DNA from: Bacillota bacterium
GTDB lineage: Bacteria; Bacillota; Sulfobacillia; JACIYH01
Direction of reading: 5' to 3'
Length of the DNA: 64,000 bases
Assembly (NCBI GenBank): GCA_040757085.1
Contig: JBFLXJ010000009.1
Location: 7,466-71,465, forward strand
In this document: positions 39,084-49,204 of the stretch, one piece after another
Position numbering within the stretch: position 1 is the stretch's first letter
Layout: every line of letters begins with the position of its first letter
Notes under the pieces: model-generated
What the model saw: only the letters and a program-made list of their open reading frames with translations
Told to the model about the DNA's origin: nothing
Database searches by the model: none
Program-made: the position numbers and the translations under genes

Positions 39084-40549
39084 TCGGCATCTATGACACC
39101 CTCACTCGCACCAGGCGGGATCTCCAGGTGCGGGATCCCGGTCAGGTGAGCATTTACGTGTGCGGGGTGACCCCTTACGATGAGGCACACATCGGACATG
39201 CCCGCCCCAGTGTGGTGTGGGACGTTATCCGACGGTACCTGGAGTACAGGGGGTACCGGGTGCGGCTGGTCCAGAACTTCACCGACATAGACGACAAGGT
39301 GATAGCCCGTGCCCGTGAACTGGGCAAGGATCCCCTGGAACTTTCCCGCGAGTACGCACAGCGATACCTGGAGGACATGTCCGCCCTGGGGGTCAAGCCT
39401 GCCGACCACTACCCCCGGGTGTCCGAGCACATCCCCGACATAGTGGAGATGGTGAGGGTTCTGGTGCAAAAGGGGTATGCCTATGAGGCATCCGGGGACG
39501 TGTACTTCCGGGTGAGCAGCTTTCCCGAGTACGGCAAGCTATCCGGCCGCAGCGTGGAGGAACTGCGGGCCGGTGCCCGGGTAGAACCGGGAGAAGCAAA
39601 GGAAAATCCCGAGGATTTTGCCCTGTGGAAGGCGGCCAAGCCGGGAGAGCCTGCCTGGCCCAGCCCGTGGGGGCCGGGGCGGCCTGGCTGGCACATTGAG
39701 TGCTCGGCCATGGCGTTGCGCTACCTGGGGAACGGATTCGACATGCACGGTGGCGGCATTGAACTGGTGTTCCCTCACCATGAGAACGAGATCGCCCAGA
39801 GCGAGGCGTTCACCGGGGAAGCGCCCTTCGTGCGCTACTGGGTGCACAACGGCCTGGTCACCATGCGGGAAGAGAAGATGTCCAAGTCGCTGAAGAATTT
39901 CGTCACCGTGCGAGATCTTCTGCGTCAGTATCCGGCAGGGGCGATCAGGCTTTATCTGCTTTCTGCCCACTACCGCGCCCCCCTGGAATTCGATACCGGG
40001 CATCTGGACGATGCCAGACGAGCCTGGGAACGTCTCCAGAATGCCGTCCGTTCCCTGGATGAAGTGCTGACGCACGACATAACGGCAGACCAGGAGGCCC
40101 TGGCCGCTGCGGTCCAACTGGGAGCGGAGGCGGAGCGGGCGCGCGAGCGCTTCCAGGCGGCCATGGATGACGACTTCAACACCCCGCAGGCGCTGGCGGT
40201 GCTCTTCGACCTGGCGCGGTCGAGCAACGCGGTGGTTTCTCTCCTCTTGCGGGGTGGGCCCCTGCCTCTAGGGGGAGACGCCCGGGACGGGCTGGTCCGG
40301 GCCCGGGAGGTGTTCACGCAACTGGGCGGTGTGTTGGGGGTAGTGACACCGGCGCCAGAGGGTGAGTCGCTCCGGTGGCGGGAACTCCTGGATCTTCTGG
40401 TGGAAGTGAGGGCGCGGGCGCGGCAGGAGAAGAACTGGGCCCTGGCCGACCTGATCCGGGAACGGCTGAGCGGGATGGGAATTGTCCTCGAGGACACCCC
40501 CCTGGGTACCAGGTGGCGGCTTCCGGGCGGGGAAGGCGGTATCAGGTGA
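39080..40549 (+). CDS. cysS: cysteine--tRNA ligase
   Basis: TTG 39080 (IGIYDTLTR...) overlaps the ispDF stop. HIGH motif (AHIGHARP) and KMSKS present. Confidence 0.93.
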   Translation: MIGIYDTLTRTRRDLQVRDPGQVSIYVCGVTPYDEAHIGHARPSVVWDVIRRYLEYRGYRVRLVQNFTDIDDKVIARARELGKDPLELSREYAQRYLEDMSALGVKPADHYPRVSEHIPDIVEMVRVLVQKGYAYEASGDVYFRVSSFPEYGKLSGRSVEELRAGARVEPGEAKENPEDFALWKAAKPGEPAWPSPWGPGRPGWHIECSAMALRYLGNGFDMHGGGIELVFPHHENEIAQSEAFTGEAPFVRYWVHNGLVTMREEKMSKSLKNFVTVRDLLRQYPAGAIRLYLLSAHYRAPLEFDTGHLDDARRAWERLQNAVRSLDEVLTHDITADQEALAAAVQLGAEAERARERFQAAMDDDFNTPQALAVLFDLARSSNAVVSLLLRGGPLPLGGDARDGLVRAREVFTQLGGVLGVVTPAPEGESLRWRELLDLLVEVRARARQEKNWALADLIRERLSGMGIVLEDTPLGTRWRLPGGEGGIR

Positions 40550-40959
40550 GACGGCTTTCCTTCCCCAATTCCTTTCCGGCAGACGCTGCGGAGGAACTTT
40601 CCCCCCGGGACCTGGCGTACGTGGGAGACGCCGTCTTCGAACTGGCGGTAAGGCAATACCTGGTGGCGCGGTGCCCTTCTCCCCAGGCCCGCCACCGGGA
40701 TGCCGTCTGCCGCGTAAGGGCCGCGGCCCAGGCAGCATTCCTTCGCGCCATCGCAGCCCATCTTCTGCCCGCCGAAGAGGACCTGGTGCGCCGGGCGCGC
40801 AACTTTAAGGGGGTGGCTGTCCCCCGCGGGGTGAGCCCCGCCGATTACAGGGCCAGTACTGCCTTTGAGGCCTTGCTCGGATACCTATATCTGCGCGGGG
40901 AAACCGGGCGCTTGCAAGAAATTTTGGCCATGGTGCTGGAAGGGGCGGAGTCGCCATGA
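40546..40959 (+). CDS. mrnC: Mini-ribonuclease 3
   Basis: GTG overlaps the cysS stop. LAYVGDAVFELAVR and TAFEALLGYLYL motifs of Mini-III. Confidence 0.85.
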   Translation: MRRLSFPNSFPADAAEELSPRDLAYVGDAVFELAVRQYLVARCPSPQARHRDAVCRVRAAAQAAFLRAIAAHLLPAEEDLVRRARNFKGVAVPRGVSPADYRASTAFEALLGYLYLRGETGRLQEILAMVLEGAESP

Positions 40960-41630
40960 GGGTAAAGCTTCTCCGTTATACCCCCGATCCCGAGAGAACG
41001 GTGGCGGCGGCCGCCCGTCTCTGTTACTCGGCGTCCGGGGTGGATGCACTCCTGGACATGGATGCTGCCGAGGTGAGGCGCCTTGTCAATCTCCTGCGGG
41101 AACGGGGGCACGAGTCACCCTTCGAGCACGTTTCTTTTACCTTCGCCGTTGAGGGTATTTCCCGGGCCTGCAGCCACCAGCTGGTGCGTCACCGCCTGGC
41201 ATCGTACAGTCAGCAATCCCAGAGATGGGTGAAAGGCGATGCCGCCTGGCACGTGGTGCCCCCTTCCGTGGCCCGGGTACCGGAGGCGGTCCGCCTCTTC
41301 GAGGAATTCCTGGCTCGGGCCGGGGAGGTATACCGGGCGCTGGTGGCCATGGGCATACCCCGGGAAGATGCCCGCTATGTGCTTCCCAACGCCGTGGCCA
41401 CCCGGCTGGTGGTGACCATGAACGCCCGGGAACTCCTGCACGTTTTCCGCCTGCGTTGCTGCCATCGAGCCCAGTGGGAGATCAGGGCGGTGGCCTACCT
41501 GATGCTCAGGGAGTGCCGGAAGGTGGCGCCCGTCCTTTTCGAGAGGGCGGGGCCGTTCTGCCAGGTGGATGGCACCTGCCCTGAAGAGTGGACCGAGTGC
41601 CCTCGCTACCCGAGGCGGAGACTATCATGA
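40956..41630 (+). CDS. thyX: FAD-dependent thymidylate synthase
   Basis: ThyX motif QLVRHRLASYSQQSQRW (RHR..S....S.R). The ATG overlaps the mrnC stop. Confidence 0.92.
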   Translation: MRVKLLRYTPDPERTVAAAARLCYSASGVDALLDMDAAEVRRLVNLLRERGHESPFEHVSFTFAVEGISRACSHQLVRHRLASYSQQSQRWVKGDAAWHVVPPSVARVPEAVRLFEEFLARAGEVYRALVAMGIPREDARYVLPNAVATRLVVTMNARELLHVFRLRCCHRAQWEIRAVAYLMLRECRKVAPVLFERAGPFCQVDGTCPEEWTECPRYPRRRLS

Positions 41631-42457
41631 CCCCCCGCACCTCCGAACGCGGCATCCCGGGAACGAAATCGGCGGAGGAAACGGAAATCATCCCGGGACG
41701 GCAGGCGGTGCTGGCGGCGCTGGAAGCGGGACGCCCTCTCCACCGTATTATGGTGGGAGAGAGAGTTGCGAGTCCCCCACTGGCCCGCATCATGTCCCTG
41801 GCCCATGAACGGGGGGTGCCGGTGCAGGTCGTGAGCCGCGACGTCCTGGATGCCCGTGCCGGTGGATGGCCACATCAAGGTGTGCTGGCGGTGGCGGCGG
41901 CGTGGGAGTACCGATCGCTGGATGACGTGCTGGCGGGCGTCCCGGCGGGTCGGCCTGCCCTGTTAATAGCCCTGGCGGGGGTGCAGGACGCCGGCAACCT
42001 GGGTGCTATCGCCCGCTCGGCGGAGTGCCTGGGCGCCCACGGCCTGCTGGTACCGGCCCGCCGCAGCGCCGGGCTGACGCCGGGAGCGGCCCGGGCGGCA
42101 GCCGGTGCCCTGGAGTGGCTCCCGGTGGCCCGGGTGACCAACCTGGCCCGCGCCCTGGCTGGCCTCAAAGGGCACGGCTTATGGGTGGTGGGAGCGGAGG
42201 CGGATGGGGAAATCCTGCCCTGGCAGGCGGATCTCACGGTGCCCCTGGTGCTGGTGCTGGGAGGGGAGGAGAGGGGATTAGGGCACTCGGTGCGCCAGGC
42301 GTGCGACCTGGTGGTGCGCATACCCACCGTGGGGCATGTGTCTTCCCTCAACGTGGCCGCCGCGGCCGCAATTCTCCTGTACGAAGCAGACAGACAGCGG
42401 CGGACGGGCGGACGGGCAGGCGACGCGACGGGTGGAGGGTCGGGCGGCGCGATGTAG
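41627..42457 (+). CDS. rlmB: 23S rRNA (guanosine-2'-O)-methyltransferase RlmB/TrmH family
   Basis: ATG 41627 overlaps the thyX stop. SpoU-type motifs (DAGNLGAIARSAE, LVLGGEERGL, IP..G.V.SLNV). Confidence 0.88.
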   Translation: MTPRTSERGIPGTKSAEETEIIPGRQAVLAALEAGRPLHRIMVGERVASPPLARIMSLAHERGVPVQVVSRDVLDARAGGWPHQGVLAVAAAWEYRSLDDVLAGVPAGRPALLIALAGVQDAGNLGAIARSAECLGAHGLLVPARRSAGLTPGAARAAAGALEWLPVARVTNLARALAGLKGHGLWVVGAEADGEILPWQADLTVPLVLVLGGEERGLGHSVRQACDLVVRIPTVGHVSSLNVAAAAAILLYEADRQRRTGGRAGDATGGGSGGAM

Positions 42458-42496
42458 CAAAGTAGGGCGCGGCAGGACGCTGGGAGGACTAAGTAC

Positions 42497-42525
42497 TTGA
42501 TATGACGTGAAGCCACATATATAAT
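42497..42525 (+). promoter_or_regulatory. sigma-A-like promoter upstream of sigH
   Basis: TTGATA, 17-nt spacer, TATAAT. Confidence 0.6.
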
Positions 42526-42605
42526 GGGTGACGGCGGTTTGTCCAATTTTCTAGTGTCCGCGTCGCTTCGTGTCTAACAGGGTGTGCTTCCTGGGGGGCG
42601 ATAAG

Positions 42606-43271
42606 GTGAGTGTTTCTGCCCACAAGGGTACCTTTAGAGAGTACGAGGCGATGCTGGACGAGGAAGTTGTGGAATACGCGCGAGATGGTTGCAGCGCCGC
42701 CCTGGAGTACCTGATCAACAAGTATAAGAATTTTGTGCGCAGCAAGGCGCGTTCATATTTCTTAATCGGTGCCGATCGGGAAGATATCATTCAGGAAGGC
42801 ATGATCGGCCTGTATAAGGCCATCCGGGACTTTCGGGCGGATAAACTTTCGTCTTTCCGCGCCTTCGCCGAACTCTGCGTGACCAGGCAGATCATCACCG
42901 CCATCAAGACGGCCACCCGCCAGAAACACCTTCCCCTGAATTCATATGTCTCCCTGAACAAGCCCATCTACGACGAAGATTCCGACCGCACCCTCCTGGA
43001 CGTGATCTCGGGATCTCGGGTGAGCGACCCCGAGGAATTGGTGATCAACCGGGAAGAGTTCGGTGACATCGAAGAGAAGATCGGCGAGATCCTGAGCGAC
43101 CTGGAATGGAAAGTTCTCATGTCCTACCTGGATGGTAAGTCATACCAGGAGATCGCTGGCGACCTTAACCGGCACGTGAAGTCCATCGACAACGCCCTGC
43201 AGCGGGTCAAGCGCAAGTTGGAACGCTACCTCGACCGCCGCTCCGAGGAATCCGAGCAAGTCCATGCTTGA
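42606..43271 (+). CDS. sigH: RNA polymerase sporulation/transition-state sigma factor SigH
   Basis: Near-identical blocks to B. subtilis SigH as I remember it (YFLIGADREDI.QEGMIGLYK.IRDF, TATRQKH.PLNSY, NRHVKSIDNALQRVKRKLE). GTG 42606 is 7 nt after GGGGGG; the track start 42570 is also possible. Confidence 0.92.
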   Translation: MSVSAHKGTFREYEAMLDEEVVEYARDGCSAALEYLINKYKNFVRSKARSYFLIGADREDIIQEGMIGLYKAIRDFRADKLSSFRAFAELCVTRQIITAIKTATRQKHLPLNSYVSLNKPIYDEDSDRTLLDVISGSRVSDPEELVINREEFGDIEEKIGEILSDLEWKVLMSYLDGKSYQEIAGDLNRHVKSIDNALQRVKRKLERYLDRRSEESEQVHA

Positions 43272-43380
43272 CAGGGCCCGCTCCATTGCCTGCGCCCCAG
43301 GCTTGCTTGCCAGAGTGTGCTGCATCCCCGAAGAAATCTCGCAGAGAATGGCGGGAACCGGGCAACGCGGCTACGGCTAC

Positions 43381-43409
43381 TTGACCGCAGCGAGGAAAGA
43401 GGCTATAAT
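43381..43409 (+). promoter_or_regulatory. sigma-A-like promoter of the tRNA cluster
   Basis: TTGACC, 17-nt spacer, TATAAT, ~22 nt before the first tRNA. Confidence 0.65.
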
Positions 43410-43430
43410 GGGCGTTGGCTGTCGGGCCGG

Positions 43431-43505
43431 GCTGGCGTAGCTCAACGGAAGAGCAGCGGATTTGTAATCCGCAGGTTGTCGGTTCGAGTCCGTCCGCCAG
43501 CTCCA
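43431..43505 (+). tRNA. tRNA-Thr(UGU)
   Basis: Cloverleaf with acceptor GCTGGCG/CGCCAGC and anticodon loop TTTGTAA (TGT at 43463..43465). One T-T mismatch in the T-stem; encoded CCA. Confidence 0.85.
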
Positions 43506-43513
43506 ATCGGGGA

Positions 43514-43598
43514 GGAGAGGTACCCAAGCGGCCAAAGGGGGCGGTCTGTAAAACCGCTGGCGCAGCCTTCGCTGGTTCGAATCCAGCCCTCTCCACCA
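43514..43598 (+). tRNA. tRNA-Tyr(GUA)
   Basis: 85-nt type II tRNA with acceptor GGAGAGG/CCTCTCC, anticodon loop CTGTAAA, a 13-nt variable arm, T-loop GGTTCGAATCC and CCA. Confidence 0.9.
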
Positions 43599-43613
43599 CC
43601 CAACAGAATACAT

Positions 43614-43690
<77 letters not shown>

Positions 43691-43703
43691 AGCACATAAG
43701 TGG

Positions 43704-43779
43704 GCTCACATAGCTCAGTCGGCAGAGCGTCGCCTTGGTAAGGCGGAGGTCCCCGGTTCGATCCCGGGTGTGAGCTCCA
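43704..43779 (+). tRNA. tRNA-Thr(GGU)
   Basis: Acceptor GCTCACA/TGTGAGC, anticodon loop TTGGTAA, T-loop GGTTCGATCC, CCA. Confidence 0.9.
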
Positions 43780-44050
43780 TAAATTTTGATAGGACTGGTG
43801 CGGGTATTATGCTCCTTGTTGGGGAGAGCGGCCTTGGAGATCGCCCGAAATCGCGGACGGTACAGGGGTCATGCCCGACCGTAGGCACGGGGCCAGGTGA
43901 CGCCAACACCGTCTGGAGCTGGACCACTGGAAACGGGCACGACGGCACCCATGCCATGAAGATCTTTAACCCGACCTTTAAGGCCTGGCCCGCATCGCCT
44001 AGGAAGTTACGCCGGGAATGTGCGGACCTATTGGGGCTCCCGCAGTTGGC

Positions 44051-44080
44051 TTGACAGTGTGTTCGTGGCTGTGCTAGAGT
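44051..44080 (+). promoter_or_regulatory. sigma-A-like promoter upstream of rpmG
   Basis: TTGACA, 18-nt spacer, TAGAGT. Confidence 0.5.
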
Positions 44081-44106
44081 TAGGGTTGCGATCGGAGGTG
44101 CAGTGC

Positions 44107-44256
44107 TTGCGGGTTATCGTCACTATGGCATGTACCGAGTGCAAGGAGCGCAACTATACGACCACGAAGAACAAGAAGAACGACCCCAACCGGCTGGAGC
44201 TCAGGAAGTACTGCCCCACCTGCAGGCGCCACACCCTCCACCGCGAGACCAGGTAG
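44107..44256 (+). CDS. rpmG: 50S ribosomal protein L33
   Basis: TTG 7 nt after GGAGGTG. (M)[48 protein letters not shown] is a typical L33. Confidence 0.9.
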   Translation: MRVIVTMACTECKERNYTTTKNKKNDPNRLELRKYCPTCRRHTLHRETR

Positions 44257-44278
44257 TCCCGCTCCCGTTCACCAGCGC

Positions 44279-44355
44279 AGGCCCGTAGCTCCAACAGGCA
44301 GAGCAGCGGACTCCAAATCCGCGGGTTGGGGGTTCGAATCCCTCCGGGCCTGCCA
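44279..44355 (+). tRNA. tRNA-Trp(CCA)
   Basis: Acceptor AGGCCCG/CGGGCCT, anticodon loop CTCCAAA, T-loop GGTTCGAATCC, discriminator G, CCA. Confidence 0.9.
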
Positions 44356-44410
44356 GGTTTATGATTGCGGCAGAATGCCGCTTTAAGTTTGTCCTGGGGG
44401 GAAGGTAGAA

Positions 44411-44821
44411 GTGGGGGGCAAGGTGGCGATCAAGGAAAAGGTGAGGAGCAGGGAAGGGGAACGCAGCCGGGCATCGAGAAAGCCAGCACCGCCTTCCTCG
44501 ACGGCACGCCCCCCAGTCAGTAAGACGGCAGGTAAGCCCGGGGGCGGAGCGAGGGTTCAGGTGCGGCCCAAGCCGAAGCTGACCCGGGTACGCCCGCCTT
44601 CCCCCGAGCAGAGACTGGTGGCCGCTTTTCGCCGCATGTACCGGAATACCGTGGCGTACTTTCGGGAAACCAGGCTGGAGATGCGGAAGGTTGTCTGGCC
44701 GTCGCGGCGGGAGACTGCGGTGTATACTCTGGTGGTGGTCGCCGCCACCGCTATCGTGGGCCTGGTGATCTGGGTGTTTGACGTGGGGTTGAGTGCCCTG
44801 CTCGGCGTGATCATCCGGTGA
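44411..44821 (+). CDS. secE: preprotein translocase subunit SecE (long N-terminal extension)
   Basis: The C-terminal 60 aa (FRETRLEMRKVVWPSRRET + one TM helix) are SecE-like and sit in the conserved position before nusG. The N-terminal ~75 aa are basic and Pro-rich. Confidence 0.85.
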   Translation: MGGKVAIKEKVRSREGERSRASRKPAPPSSTARPPVSKTAGKPGGGARVQVRPKPKLTRVRPPSPEQRLVAAFRRMYRNTVAYFRETRLEMRKVVWPSRRETAVYTLVVVAATAIVGLVIWVFDVGLSALLGVIIR

Positions 44822-45369
44822 CGGGGGTCGAAGTACCAGTGGTGAGCGAGAAGCGCTGGTACGTCGTGCACACGTACTCGGGGTACGAGAACAAGGTCAA
44901 GGCTAACCTGGAAAAGCGGGTTAAGTCCATGGGCATGGAGGACCGCATTTTCCGGGTGGTGGTGCCCACCGAGGACGAGGTGGAGATCAAGGACGGCAAG
45001 CGCAAGATCACCAAGAAGAAGATATACCCGGGTTACGTGCTGGTGGAAATGATCATGAGCGATGAGTCCTGGTACGTGGTGCGGCATACCCCGGGGGTCA
45101 CCGGCTTTGTGGGGACGGGTCCCCGCCCCCTGCCGCTCTTGCCCGAAGAGGTGCGGGAACTCCTCCGGCAGATGGGGGATGAGGAACCCAAGCCCAAGGT
45201 CCACTACGAGGTGGGCCAGAGCGTCCGGGTAAAATCGGGGCCCTTTGCCGGAGTGGTGGGCACGGTACAGGAACTCATCCCGGAGAAGGGTAAGCTCAGG
45301 GTGCTGGTGTCCATATTCGGGCGGGAGACCCCCCTGGAGCTGGACTACGGTCAGGTTCAGGAACTGTAG
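44818..45369 (+). CDS. nusG: transcription termination/antitermination protein NusG
   Basis: [19 protein letters not shown] domain and a C-terminal KOW motif. The GTG overlaps the secE stop. Confidence 0.93.
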   Translation: MTGVEVPVVSEKRWYVVHTYSGYENKVKANLEKRVKSMGMEDRIFRVVVPTEDEVEIKDGKRKITKKKIYPGYVLVEMIMSDESWYVVRHTPGVTGFVGTGPRPLPLLPEEVRELLRQMGDEEPKPKVHYEVGQSVRVKSGPFAGVVGTVQELIPEKGKLRVLVSIFGRETPLELDYGQVQEL

Positions 45370-45383
45370 GAGGTTCGGTACGT

Positions 45384-45812
45384 ATGGCAAAGAAAGTAGT
45401 GGCAGTGGTCAAGTTGCAGTTGCCGGCGGGCAGAGCGACCCCCGCACCTCCGGTGGGTCCCGCGCTGGCTCAGCACGGCATTAACATCAAGGCATTTTGT
45501 GACGAGTACAACAAGCGCACCGCCGCGCAAGCGGGTACCATCGTGCCGGTGGAGATCACCATCTACCACGACCGCAGCTTCACCTTTGTGACCAAGGCAC
45601 CGCCTGCCTCGGTCCTTCTGCGGGAGGCGGCCCGGGTAGAGAAGGGCTCCGGTGAACCGAACCGTAACAAGGTGGGGCGTATCAGCCGGCAGCAGCTGCG
45701 AGAAATCGCCCAGCGCAAGCTGGCAGAGCTCAACACCGATAATCTGGAGGCGGCCGAGCGCATCCTGGCGGGTACGGCGCGCAGCATGGGTATCGAGATA
45801 GTGGGGGACTAG
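45384..45812 (+). CDS. rplK: 50S ribosomal protein L11
   Basis: [35 protein letters not shown] is the canonical L11 N-terminus. Confidence 0.95.
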   Translation: MAKKVVAVVKLQLPAGRATPAPPVGPALAQHGINIKAFCDEYNKRTAAQAGTIVPVEITIYHDRSFTFVTKAPPASVLLREAARVEKGSGEPNRNKVGRISRQQLREIAQRKLAELNTDNLEAAERILAGTARSMGIEIVGD

Positions 45813-45909
45813 ACCCCGGCCACCACCGGAGGCGTGGTCACTGCGGCTGCCGCGGGAGAAGTGGGAGGTCGCTCCGGCGACCGGTTATTACCACAGGAGG
45901 TAGTGAGGC

Positions 45910-46623
45910 ATGGCAAAGCACGGTAAGAGGTTCCAGGAAGCAGCCAAGCTGGTGGATCGGGCTACCCTTTATGACCCGGCCGAGGCCGTAGAGCTGGCAA
46001 AGAAGACGGCTTCGGCCAAATTCGACGAGACCATCGAGGTGGCCGTCCGCCTGGGTGTGGACCCCCGTCACGCGGACCAGATGGTGAGGGGGGCAGTGGT
46101 GCTTCCCCACGGCACGGGCAAAACCCGCCGGGTGCTGGTCTTTGCCAAGGGGGACAAGGCCAAGGAGGCTGAGGCGGCCGGTGCTGATTACGTAGGGGCC
46201 GAGGAGTTGATCCAGAAGATCCAGGGCGGGTGGCTGGATTTCGATGCCACGGTGGCCACTCCCGACATGATGGGCATGGTTGGTCGTCTGGGCCGCATCC
46301 TGGGCCCCAAGGGTCTGATGCCCAACCCCAAGACGGGAACCGTTACCTTTGACGTGGCCGCTGCCGTGCGGGAGATCAAGCAGGGTAAAGTGGAGTTCCG
46401 GGTGGACAAGACCGGTATCGTGCACGTCCCCATCGGGAAGGCGTCCTTCGATTCCTCCCGCTTGCTGGAGAATTTCTATGCCCTGATGGAGGCCATCCTG
46501 CGTGCTCGCCCCGCGGCGGCAAAGGGTACGTACGTGCGCAGCGTGGCCATATCTTCAACCATGGGGCCCGGTATCCGCGTCAATCCCTTACGGGCCCAGC
46601 GGGCCGCAGAGAGACCCGCCTGA
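45910..46623 (+). CDS. rplA: 50S ribosomal protein L1
   Basis: [11 protein letters not shown]...[24 protein letters not shown] is typical of L1. Confidence 0.95.
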   Translation: MAKHGKRFQEAAKLVDRATLYDPAEAVELAKKTASAKFDETIEVAVRLGVDPRHADQMVRGAVVLPHGTGKTRRVLVFAKGDKAKEAEAAGADYVGAEELIQKIQGGWLDFDATVATPDMMGMVGRLGRILGPKGLMPNPKTGTVTFDVAAAVREIKQGKVEFRVDKTGIVHVPIGKASFDSSRLLENFYALMEAILRARPAAAKGTYVRSVAISSTMGPGIRVNPLRAQRAAERPA

Positions 46624-46626
46624 CCC

Positions 46627-48288
46627 GTGGCCCCGCAGGGTTTCGCATCGCCCACGCTTTTTCCTGACGAGGCCGCCTGGACCGGGCGGCCTTGTCGCCC
46701 CGTGGCTGGCAGGAAAGGGATGGTGGCTACCGCCCATCCCCTGGCTACCCTGGCTGGGGTGGAGGTGTTACGGGCGGGCGGCAACGCAGTAGATGCCGCC
46801 ATTGCCGCCGCAGGCGTTACCGCGGTGGTCCTGCCCCAGATGTGCGGTCTGGGGGGTGACGCCTTCCTGCTCGTATACCAGGCCGATCGGGGCAGGGTGA
46901 CCGCCATCGCGGGGGCGGGTCCCGCCCCCCGGGCAGCTTCCCCGGAACTGTACCGGCGCCGCGGTTACCGCACCATGCCCCTGGAGGGGATGCTTTCCGT
47001 CTCGGTGCCCGGGGCGGTGGATGCCTGGGCCTGCGCCGTGGCGCTGGCGGGGACGAGGCCTCTTCGGGACTTGCTGGAACCGGCCATTTCGTACGCGGAA
47101 GAGGGATTCGTGGTCACCCCGGCTCTGGCCGCGGACATCCGGGCCCATCAGGTCAAACTAGAGGCTGACGCTGCGGCGCGCGAGGTGTACCTGCCCGGGG
47201 GGCGCCCGCCCCGGCCGGGAGAGATCCTGCGACAGCCCGATCTAGCCCGGTCCCTGCGCAGGGTGGCCCAGGATCCCGGCGACCTGTATCGGGGGGAGCT
47301 GGCGCGGCGGTTGGTGGCCTGCTCGGAGGCCGCGGGGGGCCTTTTCACCCTGGAGGACCTGGCATCATACCGGAGCGAGGTCGGGGAACCGCTCGCCACC
47401 ACCTACCGGGGGGTGACAGTCTGCCAGACCACGTTTCCCTCCCAGGGCTTCATCCTGCTGGAGGAGCTGAACATCCTGGAGGGGTTCGACCTGGCCGGGG
47501 TCGATCGGGCGGTTGCCATCCACCTCATGGTTGAGGCCAAGAAGCTGGCCTTCGCTGACCGCCTCCGCTTCGCGGGCGACCCCCGCCACGTGCCCTTTCC
47601 CCTCGGACGGCTCCTCAGCAAGGAGTACGCGGCCCGCCGGCGTCAGGAAATCGATCCCGGCCGGGCACGGTCCAGCTGGCTCCCCGCTTCGGGCGAGGGT
47701 GAGGGGGATACCACGTACCTGGCCGTGGTGGACGGTCACGGTAACGCCGTCTCCCTGATCCATAGCCTCTCCCTGGCCTTCGGGTCGGGGGTGATGATCC
47801 CCGGTACCGGTATCCTGCTCAACAACCGGGCGGGACGGGGATTCAGCCTGCTGGAAGGTCATCCCAACTGTCTGGGGCCGGGTAAGCGCACCGTACATAC
47901 CCTCAACTGCTTCCTGGCGTTCCGGGACGGCCATCTCTGGCTGGTAGGAGGCACGCCGGGAGGGGATGGCCAGCCCCAGTGGAACATGCAGGTCCTGGTG
48001 GCCCTGCTGGATTGGGGGCTGGATCCCGCGGCCGCCGTGGAATTGCCGCGCTGGACGTCTCACCCCGGTACCGATCCCGCTCACTGGGGAGAAGGGGAGG
48101 AGCTGCGGGTGGAAAACCGCCTCTCCCCGGGGGTGGTGGAAGAGCTCCAGCGGCTCGGCCACCCCGTGCGCTTGGTGGGGCCGTGGGCGGGCGGAGGAGC
48201 CGTTCAACTGATCTGGCGCGATGCCAGTACGCGCGTACTCACGGGCGTGTCCGACCCTCGTGCGGAAGGTCTGGCGCTGGGCATTTAG
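46627..48288 (+). CDS. ggt: gamma-glutamyltransferase-family protein (no signal peptide seen)
   Basis: GMVATAHPLA, GGNAVDAAIA, autoprocessing/catalytic Thr context GDTTYLAVVD, and GGTPGGDGQ. The GTG lies 3 nt after the rplA stop; start uncertain. Confidence 0.85.
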   Translation: MAPQGFASPTLFPDEAAWTGRPCRPVAGRKGMVATAHPLATLAGVEVLRAGGNAVDAAIAAAGVTAVVLPQMCGLGGDAFLLVYQADRGRVTAIAGAGPAPRAASPELYRRRGYRTMPLEGMLSVSVPGAVDAWACAVALAGTRPLRDLLEPAISYAEEGFVVTPALAADIRAHQVKLEADAAAREVYLPGGRPPRPGEILRQPDLARSLRRVAQDPGDLYRGELARRLVACSEAAGGLFTLEDLASYRSEVGEPLATTYRGVTVCQTTFPSQGFILLEELNILEGFDLAGVDRAVAIHLMVEAKKLAFADRLRFAGDPRHVPFPLGRLLSKEYAARRRQEIDPGRARSSWLPASGEGEGDTTYLAVVDGHGNAVSLIHSLSLAFGSGVMIPGTGILLNNRAGRGFSLLEGHPNCLGPGKRTVHTLNCFLAFRDGHLWLVGGTPGGDGQPQWNMQVLVALLDWGLDPAAAVELPRWTSHPGTDPAHWGEGEELRVENRLSPGVVEELQRLGHPVRLVGPWAGGGAVQLIWRDASTRVLTGVSDPRAEGLALGI

Positions 48289-48290
48289 CC

Positions 48291-49070
48291 TCACCAGCCG
48301 GGCAGCTCGCGGTCGGCCATGAAGTCCTCCAGGAAGGAGGCGACGCGCTCCAGCGCCTTCTCGATGATGGCCCGTCCCAGCTCCAGCGAGGCGCGAGTGG
48401 CATCGCCCAGGCATCCGTTTTCGGTGATGGCTGCGAAGGAAAGTGCGGTCTCAGCCCGCCACGGCGAAGCTTCAGCCAGGCCGGGCCGGATGGCGCCCGG
48501 AGTCAGGCGGTCTTGCCTGACCACCTGGGGGGCCAGGTACAGGGCCTGGGAAACCTCGCCTTCGCAGGCGTGGCCGTGCAACGGGGATTTGACGTGTTCC
48601 CTGATCACGTCGGAGGCCATGGAGGTGAAGGATACCCAGGCGGCCTTGACCCCCAGTTCATCCCGCAGGCGGGCCATGAGCAGGGTGAGGGCCGGCCGGT
48701 TGCCGCCGTGGCCGTTGGCGAAGAAGAGTCTGGTGATGCCGTGCTGTTTCAGGCTCCAGGCCACGTCCATCACCACGGCCATGAATGTCTCCGGGCGCAG
48801 AGTGATCGTGCCCGGGAACATCATGTGGTGGGTGGAGATACCGAGGTTGATGGGGGTGGTTACCAGGGCGCGCGGGAAGAGCCTGGCGGCCAGCCGGCGG
48901 CTAAACTCATAGGCGCGCACGGTGTCGGTGGCGAAGGTCATGTGGGGGCCGTGCTGTTCGGTGGAACCCACCGGCACGATGGCCACCTTGATCCCGGGCA
49001 GGTACTCCTTGAGTTCGGTCCAGGTGAGATCGTGCAGCACCAGTGCCTGCTCGCCCGATTGTAAAGCCAT
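48291..49070 (-). CDS. creatininase-family amidohydrolase
   Basis: ATG 49070 follows GAAGGAGG. PVGSTEQHGPH, FANGHGGN and HACEGE motifs of the creatinine amidohydrolase family. Confidence 0.8.
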   Translation of the reverse strand: MALQSGEQALVLHDLTWTELKEYLPGIKVAIVPVGSTEQHGPHMTFATDTVRAYEFSRRLAARLFPRALVTTPINLGISTHHMMFPGTITLRPETFMAVVMDVAWSLKQHGITRLFFANGHGGNRPALTLLMARLRDELGVKAAWVSFTSMASDVIREHVKSPLHGHACEGEVSQALYLAPQVVRQDRLTPGAIRPGLAEASPWRAETALSFAAITENGCLGDATRASLELGRAIIEKALERVASFLEDFMADRELPGW

Positions 49071-49204
49071 TTCCGCAACCTCCTTCACAGGTGTCCTTCC
49101 TTGTTCGTGTTAAGCGGGGGCGGGCGTCGTTCCTGCTCCTCCGTCCCTACCGTTTGTGCTATCATGAGGACAGTCGTAACGCGTGCGGAAGGAGGAATAC
49201 CGGC

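Noticed and set aside
43770-44054. 94-aa plus-strand ORF after the tRNA cluster
   Set aside because: It starts inside tRNA-Thr(GGU), has no RBS and no recognisable motif. The region is treated as non-coding spacer.
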